DNA of 56,759 nucleotides, filler included, from Dugesia japonica (Eukaryota): NCBI GenBank assembly GCA_001938525.1. It is 5 parts of 5 records of this genome, joined end to end, with 100 filler letters (N's around TTAATTAATTAA, not from the genome) between each part and the next. Parts side by side here need not be neighbours in the genome. Positions count along the whole stretch, not along the records: positions 39,269 to 56,759 come from MQRL01581036.1; 4 more parts are not named here. One strand, 5' to 3'. Shown piece by piece: positions 47,823 to 56,759 of this stretch (position 1 is its first letter; each line of letters starts with the position of its first letter). The notes under the pieces were generated by a model. It saw only the letters and a program-made list of their open reading frames with translations, ran no database searches and was not told where the DNA came from. The position numbers and the translations under genes were made by a program.

Positions 47823-50800
47823 AGTTAGAACACAAGATTCTTCCAAAATGTTTATTTATAAAAATTCAAATTATAATCACAAAACTGATAATATTTAAAC
47901 AAACTTTATACATCAATTTATAACTGATATTTAACTACTTTCTCTTCTAATTTTAAGTTTTAATCTTCTTCAGCCATTCTAATCTTCTGGGTTTGAGTTT
48001 TCCTGTAAAGTCTATAAGCACCTGGTATGGGCTTATGAATTTAATTATTTTATATGACCTTCATATCTTAAACCGTTTTTCTTCAGCTTGTGTGGATCCA
48101 CTTTTACCAATACTTCTTCCCATTCATTGAATTGTCTATATGTTCCTCTGTCAAATTCATATTTGCTTAACTTTCTAGCCACTTTATGTAAGTTTCCATC
48201 TGCTAAATCCTTCATTTTTTTATGATCTGAACTTTCTTGTTGCAGTAATTTATGTAAAACTATCCTTCTTCCAAAGATGATTACAAAAGGAGATAATCCA
48301 GATGGTTTCTGTTGAGTTGCATTCATAGCAAATTGTATTCTTGGTAGTAATTTGTCCCAGCTTGCATCCGAGAATCCATATTTTATCGTTCTTACCATCA
48401 TATCTCTCAAAGTTCTAATGCTTTTTTCTGCCAAGTCATTTGATTCATGTTGACATGGCGATGTGAACTCTTGTTTTATCTCAAATTTATCTTCAAGTGA
48501 TTGCATTAATTTGCCTTCAAGTATCTTTCCTCTATCAGTTAAAAATGACTTCGGTTTCACAAAACAATATATCCATTGCTCTTTTATCGCATCAACCACT
48601 GACTTTTCATCCTGTTTATTCAATGCTACAAAAGAAACTAACTTACTAAATCTGTCAACCATGACGAGAACATATTTTTTCTTAGTTTGTGCATCAGGAA
48701 AATGAGCAATATCCATGACATTTTTTGTAAAGGTCTAAACTCTGTTCTTGGGATAAAACACTCTTTCGTTCTACCAGTGTATGTCTTGCTCATATTGCAT
48801 ACCATACATTTTTTTAATTGGTTGTTCTACAATCCGTTTCATATTTGGCCAAAAATAACTTATATTTAAATTTTCTGTCAGTTTTTGTCCTCCCACGTGA
48901 CATAATTCTTCGTGAATGAAATCAATAAGTTTGGGCATCGATTGCCCTGCAAGTACTATTTTATTTTTGTTATTTTCATTGATAATTAAAATTTTATNNN
49001 NNNNNNNNNNNNNNNNNATTTTTGAAAAATATTTACTTTTCGTCATTTTGTATTTCTTTGATACGACATTTATCAAAATTTGTTTTATCAGTAGGTGGAT
49101 AGTAGCGCATTACCCGCACATGCACAGCGCCTACTTTTATCTAATACATTGATTCTTTTAACGCGAGCTTGTTCTCCCTTGGCATAGGTTTACTCGACTT
49201 CGTCATAAATTTCAGAGCTTTATGATCTGTTCTTGCTCTAAATTTATTCCGTATAAGTAATGTTTGAAATACACCATGAACTCATGCAATGCCAACAACT
49301 CCTTACGAGTTACACAATATCCTTTTTCATGATCATTCCATGTGCGAGAACAATTAAATTACTTGTTCTAATCCATCGTTTGTAATTTGGCTTAAAATTC
49401 CTCCAATTGCCCCAAAACTATCCTCACATTCCTTTGCCCATTCGATATTTTTTTCATGGCCCGCAGTGGCTGCATATGATGGTGCTGCAATGAGAGCGTA
49501 GTCTTTTATAAACCCCCTGTAATAATTGGTCAGACCTAGAAATACTAGTATTTGTGTGGTGCATTTTGGTGTCTTTGCTTCCCAAATTTTCCTGATAGTA
49601 TCCTCATTTGTCTCTACACCTTTAGCACTAATTGTATGACCCAAGAATCTTAATTTCTCAGAATTGAATACGCATTTAGCGGATTTATCTTTGAACCTGG
49701 TTTTTTTAGTAAAGAAAAAACGTTACCAAACCGTTCATCATGCTCTTGTTGAGTTCGTCCATATATCAAAATATCATCCAAGTATACTAGTACTCCTTTG
49801 TACAACATTCCGTTGAATAATTGATGCATCAAACTTTGGAAAGTTGCTGGTGCAGTGCACAATCCAAATGGCATGCGATTAAACCAAAACTGCCCGATCT
49901 TTGTACAAAAAGCTGTTGTCAACTTCGATTCTTCACTTTACTCAATTTGGTAGTATGCTTGTCCTGAATCTAGCGATGAAAATAAAATTGATCCATCGAG
50001 CATGTCTAAAAGTAGTTGAATATCAGGCACCGGAAAAGAGTATTTCTCTGTAATTGAATTTAATTTCTGAAAATCCAGACACATTCTTATTGTTCTATCT
50101 TTCTTCGGTACAATTACCAATGGTGAATTCCACGGACTTCTGCAACTCTGGATAATATTTGCTTTTCTAAGATTTTCCTATAACTCATCAATTTTGCTTT
50201 CCTAATGCATTAGTTGCTTCTAGGATTTAAAATTATTGGTCCTCTTTTTGTTTCAATTTGATGCTGCATTATTGTTGTAAATCCCAGATCAAATTTCGAT
50301 GTTATAAATATCTCTATGTGTTCTTCTATCAATCTTCTAATTTTTTGATTGGCATTCTTTTGAATATTAATAACATTTTTACTCTATTTGGATTTTCAAC
50401 AACTGGCTCAACAACATACCTTGAATCGATAAAATCAACTTTGGTTATCTTCATTCCAAATATCCTCATAATGTCAATGCCCCCAATAACTTCAGGACGA
50501 ATATCTTTGACAATTACAACCTCTTCTTCACTTCGTTTTCCATACCAATGTAAATNNNNTTTAGTTTTACCAATACATCTTTCTCCTTTCTCTGAAAAAA
50601 CTCCTGATAACACAATCTGCGACTGCGATAACGCTGGTGATCCAATTCTTCACCAGACTTCTGCACTCATTACTGATATTGATGCTCCTGAATCTCATAA
50701 CATATCAACATCATATCCATTACACTGCATTATACTCCATTCTCTTCCACCTTTCTTCTGAAAAACTTTCTTTTTATCAAATATCATTCTTGCATTTCTA

Positions 50801-52076
50801 GTTTTGCAATCGATTATTGCAACCTCACTGATGAGATGGATGCCATGGGTTGCCAATCGTTTTTTATATTTTTATCGTCTGTAGGTACATCACGTATATA
50901 ATCTAAATATTCCCTTGTACAGGACCGATTATCATTATCTTCTGCAATACACAAAACTTTAGACACCGAAAATTCTTTTACTTGAATTAGCAAACAATCC
51001 AGAAAACTATGGCCTTCCTTTCCACAAATTAAGCATTTTCTTTTCAATGGACAATTCATCTTTTTATGACTAGTTTCTCCACATCAAAAACATGCTCCTG
51101 TCTTTAGGATTTCACTTCGCGGGGGTATTTTCCCTTTAGCTTTACAATATAGTTTATTTGCTAATTTTTTCAATGAATACTGTGGAAAATTATTGTACTG
51201 ACCTTGTTTATGTATCGGCTTGCTTCGTTCGAAATGTGGATCTTCTTGAAAACTAGTTGGCCGGTCTTTAATATTTGTGTCCCTTTAAACACTTATCTTT
51301 GGGTGATTGTTTCTAAATTTGGATTGATATATATTCTTTTTTAATGAATCAGCATAACTCTCTTTCACCATACTTATAGAGTGCGCTGGTATTAGGTTAT
51401 CCAATTAAGTAGCCAACTCTCTTCGTTGAATATTTGTTAACTCTGGTTGGAGGACAAATGATTACTTCAACTTTTCGCTCCCTATGCCATTAGTTATGAA
51501 CAATGTAGCTATTTCTTCTAATGACCTTTTACTTGAAAATACTTCATTGACAAGCTTTCTAACTCTAATTTCAAAATTTCAATATTTTTCATTTATTTTC
51601 TGCATTATTCTTGACAAGATTGAAACTTTATCGACCAATGTTTCTTGAATAATGAATGACTCTTGAAACCAACGTTCACAAATTTCATTAGATAATTTCT
51701 AAACTTCTTTTATTTTTTCCAACTACAATTCCTTAGGATATTATCGCATTAGCATATCAAATGCAAACGATAATTCCATCTGATTGAACGACGCGAATTC
51801 TTTTGTTGTTTGAAGCTACTCTTTAGCTGTATCTGATGATCCATCAAAGAAACTCGGCTTTGGAATTAGTAACTCCAGAGTTGAAGATGGTAATTTCGAA
51901 AAAGAATTTTGTCTTTCATCTTTTTCTTTTTTTGCCATCGTGTACACTGTAACGTGGTCGCTAGTTTGAACACAAGATTCTTCCATAATGTTTATTTATA
52001 AAAATTCAAATTATAACTACAAAACTGATAATATTTAAAGAAAGTTTATATATCAATTTATAACTGATATATAACT
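47823..52076 (-). mobile_element. Full-length decayed Ty3/Gypsy LTR retrotransposon (4254 bp), 114-bp LTRs
   Basis: LTRs at 47823-47936 and 51963-52076, TSD ATCAA on both sides, PBS-like TAGCGACCACG and PPT AGAAGAGAAAG. Gag with CCHC knuckles, protease (SGASISV), RT (VYLDD), RNase H and integrase (MDI...TDRG...AEKSIR). Confidence 0.95.
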
Positions 52077-52419
52077 ATCAAGATTACAAATTTAGAGAAT
52101 TATTTACAATTAGATTTATTTATTAAAATTAATAAATATGTATATTATATTTGAATCACAAATCTATTTTTAATGTCAATTCTTGATATTAATAAAAATT
52201 GAAAAACTAAAAGTTATGCATAAAAAAATAATAAAAAAATAATAAATATAAGTATGGACCAGTGATTCTTAACCAGTTCTCCGCAACCTTGTCTCAGGTG
52301 CTCCATCAAATATTTACAATAGACTATATTTAGAGTACATTAATTTCCAGGAATATAAAATCTATAAATAATATAAGCAGGTGTTCTTCATAATATTTCA
52401 CAATATTATTATAGAAATA

Positions 52420-53510
52420 GATGTTGTTTAGTCGAACTAATATGTAATCGGAAGTTTTTTAAAATATATTTTGTCTATTTAGTTTCTTTTAGTTATAAAA
52501 CAACTTGGCGCCTAGATCAGTTTTGTAAGAATTTCTCAAATTCCTTCAATGAAATACGGATTTCCACAAACAATTTCAGATAAATGCAAATATCCATAAT
52601 CATATATCGGAGATAGAGAAGGTTTTTACAGATCAAAACATAACTAACCCAATGGAAAAATCTGAAAAATTGATGAACAGTTTGGAAGAAAATGCAAGGT
52701 TAGAATTAAGATCAATTCCAAATTTTAGATACANTATATCAAATTATGATTGGATTAAAGAGACCACATCAAAGAACAAGTCTTTAGAAGTTACGAAAAG
52801 GGAAAGACAGATCATGTTCAATGTACTTTAAAATCACTAGCTACGAATACAACAAATAGTAATGAGAAAATGAAGATAGAAAATATTATTGTGGAATTCG
52901 CGGATGTTTTCAGTAGAAACAAAAACGATATAGGTAATTGTAAAATGATGAAGCATGAAATTGATTTAATTGACGCAAGACCTATTACACAGCCAGTGAG
53001 ACGAGCCCCCTTCCCCTTAGAAAATCATGTTGATGAAATTATAAATGAATTAAAAAACAATGACTTTGTTCGAGAGAGTTCAAGCCCATTGTCATAACCA
53101 ATCGTCATTTGTCAAAAGACGAGCGGCGATATAAGACTATCGTTGATTATTGAAAACTTAATTCAGTAACGAAAAGGCCCATTTACCCAATTCCAGACAA
53201 CTAGCAACTTTATGACTCATTATCANNNNNNNNNNNNNNNNNNNNNNNNNNNNNNNNNNNNNNNNNNNNNNNNNNNNNNNNNNNNNNNNNNNNNNNNNNN
53301 NNNNNNNNNNNNNNNNNNNNNNNNNNNNNNNNNNNNNNNNNNNNNNNNNNNNNNNNNNNNNNNNNNNNNNNNNNNNNNNNNNNNNNNNNNNNNNNNNNNN
53401 NNNNNNNNNNNNNNNNNNNNNAAAAATGTGTTATATACTTAGATGAAATTCGCATCTTTGAAAAAAATTTGAAGAACATAACGAGAGACTAAGAACAGTA
53501 TTAGAGAAAA
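52420..53510 (+). mobile_element. Ty3/Gypsy remnant (LTR end, PBS TGGCGCC, gag and RT fragments)
   Basis: ACAACT|TGGCGCC at ~52506; EFADVFS...DIGNC...HEIDL...PVRRAP and YLDE. Confidence 0.8.
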
Positions 53511-53735
53511 AAAAATTTAATCAATTTATTAAACAATAAATTCTCCGTAATGTATTTGTTCATGATTATTTGTGTTGCATTCTAAATCTAAATAAANNNN
53601 NNNNNNNNNNNNNNNNNNNNNNNNNNNNNNNNNNNNNNNNNNNNNNGTGTTGCATTCTAAATCTAAATAAATAAATTAAATTTGAAATAAAAATAAATAA
53701 GTTACCTTTTTTATTAATAGGTAATAGTGCAGTTA

Positions 53736-54308
53736 TTAATTATGTAGTTTGCCTAATGCAAATGATAATGAATGCATTTTTATCATCAACTGTATATCTT
53801 CTATTACTTCCGGAGACTTGCAATTTAGATCCATGTTGAGAGCTTTTGTTAATTTAATCTTGTCTTCTTCAAAAATTTGATTTGCATAAGTAGGAGGATT
53901 TAAATTGAAAAACTTTACCAAATTGGACATTTAAAAAGTTTTACTTTCTAATTTCTGGTTAAATTCGAGTTTTTCATTACATTTTTCATTTTAAAAAATT
54001 ACTAAGCTGTCCAAGAATTGAATTTCCCACAACGCGTGCAGGCTAGCTTGTAACGTATTTTCCCACTGTTGTCTATACAGTAAAACCTCATTACTTGTAA
54101 TTTCTTCCATAGCATTCATAAAAGGTTCCAAATTGTATAAAGTCTTGAGAGTGATTGCTTTCTTCAATTTACACTGGTTCAAATATTTCTCAAAATCTGT
54201 TGTTAAATGCTTGTTTTTTCTTGCAAAAATAGATGGGATACTTACATTTGCCTTGTGTATTTCTTCTTCTTCATTATCCTTGTTGCAAATTTCGATTTCC
54301 TTGATCAT
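53736..54308 (-). pseudogene. Orphan two-exon gene with one in-frame stop
   Basis: ORF 53991-54308 joins via a 47-nt GTAATT...AACCAG intron (54001-53955) to KLESKTF*MSNLVKFF..., in frame with ORF 53736-53930. Confidence 0.5.
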
Positions 54309-54559
54309 TTCTTTTTGTTATGTTGATAAATTGTTTAACGTCATTTCGCGAAAATAATGTTTTGATTACTACAAATTAGTCTTTATATATTGATGCATGT
54401 GTGNNNNTTCTTTGTTTACACGATTGGTTGTTTGCCGTATTAGTTGTTTTTTGTTTTCATACGTATATGATTGGTTATATTTCCATTTCTTATTTTATTG
54501 GATAACCAAATAGTATAAATTGCTACAAATAATTTAATGATTTCATTATTTTGTAAGAA

Positions 54560-55060
54560 ATGAGTGAACAAGTTGAAATTATCAAAAATGATGCTTCTCA
54601 ACAAACTTCTCAAGAAGAAGAAGAAGAAAAAGAACAGCAATTTTCCGATACTAAAAGTATTAATCAGGAAGATGTTGAAACAGATTTAGATATGATAGAA
54701 GAAGAAGAAGAAAATGTAACAATAGCAATAGAGATTGACTTCTTGGAAACATCTTCAAATGTTTTTGATCAAGGTTTTATTTAATATATTTATTATATAT
54801 TAATGTTTTTAATTTCAGAACAATTTATTGAAATCTTAGAAATCCTATATTCATCACTCAGAGAAGACCCTGCATATTTTGCACTTGAAATGGTTTGGAA
54901 CCGAATAAAAGAAATAACCGAAGTAGATATTGAAGATGCTATTGACACCTTTTATAAATACGCTGACAATAAGTGCTCAAGAAGAAGAAGCCATCTAAAA
55001 CGTAAATTTGTTAACATGTTAGTTAGTGTCAGTAATAAAAAGAAAAAAATGGATGTTTAA
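54560..55060 (+). CDS. Orphan two-exon gene (acidic N-terminus, helical core, basic NLS-like C-terminus), ~151 aa
   Basis: Removing the 45-nt intron 54774-54818 (GT...TTTCAG) joins ...NVFDQ-E-QFIEILE... in frame. AATAAA downstream at ~55113. Confidence 0.65.
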
Positions 55061-55204
55061 ATGTAATTTCGTTTGTATTAATGTTTGATGTAATTTTTTT
55101 TTATTGATGTCAAATAAATTTTTATAACTTGATTTTGTTTGTTTTCTTTAATTAAAAATAATTTTAAAAAAAATTTAAAAAATAAAAAAATTTTTGAAAA
55201 AAGT

Positions 55205-55575
55205 ATGACTCATGATTTAGCAAATTTTTTCTTATCCTGGTGGGGGTGGAGGGAGGAGTATTGATCCAGGGAAACGATGAGTCATGATCTAAAAAATGTA
55301 TGAGTCACGGTCTTTGTTCTCGTATCGCGATGACTCATCCTTATGACTCATTGTCTTTGTTCTACTCATCTATGACTCATCGCGGTGAGTCATGGTCTTT
55401 GTTTCAGCCCTCGATGAGTCATACTGGGTGAGTCATACTGATCTAGAAAACGATGACTCATCGTTTTGAGATATCGTGATGAGTCATCGTCTTTGTCATC
55501 GATAAGTCATTGTCTTAGTCATCGATGAGTCATACTTATGACTCATCGTCTTTGTTATAAATGGTCTTTGTCTAG
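55205..55575. promoter_or_regulatory. Dense array of AP-1/TRE-consensus sites interleaved with GTCTTTGT motifs
   Basis: 13 perfect TGA(C/G)TCA heptamers in ~345 bp, plus six GTCTTTGT copies. Confidence 0.7.
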
Positions 55576-56759
55576 GGGGGGGTGATCTAGTGCGCTACTA
55601 TCTACCTACTATCCTTATTATTATTGGAGACAAAACGGGAAGTTAAAGTAAAATCGAAAATTCTGTTATCGTGAATTAATGGTCATATCTAAAAGGGAAA
55701 AGTACATCGAGGCCGCACCATTGTTTGCATTCCGATTCTCTAATTTGTTCACATTTTACCCATTGCAGAATTCATTTACAAAGTTATTAGTGAGTAAGTA
55801 GTTATGATTTGATTTTTATGATGATTTCAAACATGTTAAATGAATAAATATTCAATTCTAATTTTAATTATTATTTTTCATAAATAGTATTTATGATAAT
55901 CATAGCTCAGGGCATTTTATTCAGCAGACTAAAAAGAGAGAATTTCGTACTTATAATTAAACACACTAGTTCTGATCCATGTGTGGTCGATCTGCCCGTC
56001 GATGCAGAATAAAATTGTATCCTCAGAATACACATGCCGTTATCATAATTAGTGATTCAATTTATGAAATCTGTAACAAATCCATTGAGATGAACGTGTC
56101 AGGAAATTCTTTTTGATGTCACCAGAGATAAAATTATTGAACCCTGTTATTGGTAACTTTCGTTTGGCCCTAATTGTTGAGACCTCTATCAGAAGTGGGA
56201 TTCCAAGATAATCAGTCAGACATGCANNNNNNNNNNNNNNNNNNNNNNNNNNNNNNNNNNNNNTTTCTACACACTGGTCTATTTTCTCTTTACGTGTCTG
56301 ATATCACATAAGTGTGTTGGTGTGTATGCAGTCAGCAAGATGATTGATGCAATCATAGCATTATAGAGTAACTAGGCGATTGCTAGGCCCGGTAAATCAA
56401 AACCCAAAGTTAGCATTCAAATAATAGTAATAGTATCTAAAGCAAACAGTAAGATTCGCCTTTATATATTACTCGTCGGAACCATATTATAATATTATTA
56501 CGCGTGATAGCGACTTTTGCGATGATCTTAATATCTCAGCAGCCTGGTGATTAATGTCTTCAAGAGCAAATTAATTACAAACAATAGTTGCACTTTGATT
56601 AGTATAAGACAACGAACATAAAATTTGATTATGCGCTTATAGTGTAACAATTTACATTATTGTTACGATTAACATTGATATTATGTTATCCTCATGTATA
56701 TGATTATTATTAATATCATTAGTATCATTATCATATTTATTATTACGGTTGTTGTTTTG

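Noticed and set aside
52260-52320. hAT TIR-like CAGTGATTCTTAACC
   Set aside because: No matching second TIR or TSD found, so not called as an element.

Overview
Very AT-rich eukaryotic DNA, probably animal, with many 43-57 nt spliceosomal introns. It is not one molecule: four 100-nt spacers (44 N + TTAATTAATTAA + 44 N at 10720-10819, 20441-20540, 30151-30250 and 39169-39268) join five pieces, so adjacency across them is unproven. Piece 1 (1-10.7 kb) is an endogenous Polinton/Maverick (adintovirus-type) virus. It carries penton (partial), a GasderminX-like membrane protein, a fibre-like protein, an adenain-type protease, an A32/FtsK packaging ATPase, a DJR major capsid protein, and a zinc finger-PLA2-integrase fusion hidden by two 1-nt frameshifts. 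It also has orphan ORFs, a conserved CTATAGAAAATG start motif, C-GNA-G mini-hairpins and oriented repeat arrays. No pPolB is visible. Host genes are V-ATPase subunit a (10921-14956), a class II eIF4E/4EHP lacking the dorsal Trp (44190-45345, minus) and a probable sesquipedalian/IPIP27 last exon. The rest is nested transposon debris (Tigger, mariner, hAT, MULE, Ty3/Gypsy), including a full-length Gypsy with 114-bp AGT...ACT LTRs and a 5-bp TSD. Two unexplained modules stand out: an orphan multi-ORF cassette inside a Tigger (16.4-20.2 kb) with a diverged paralogue fragment beside it, and a ~2.1-kb unit (53.5-55.6 kb) with a divergent spliced orphan gene pair next to 13 perfect AP-1/TRE (TGA[C/G]TCA) sites. 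All calls come from manual reading and translation; no searches were run.
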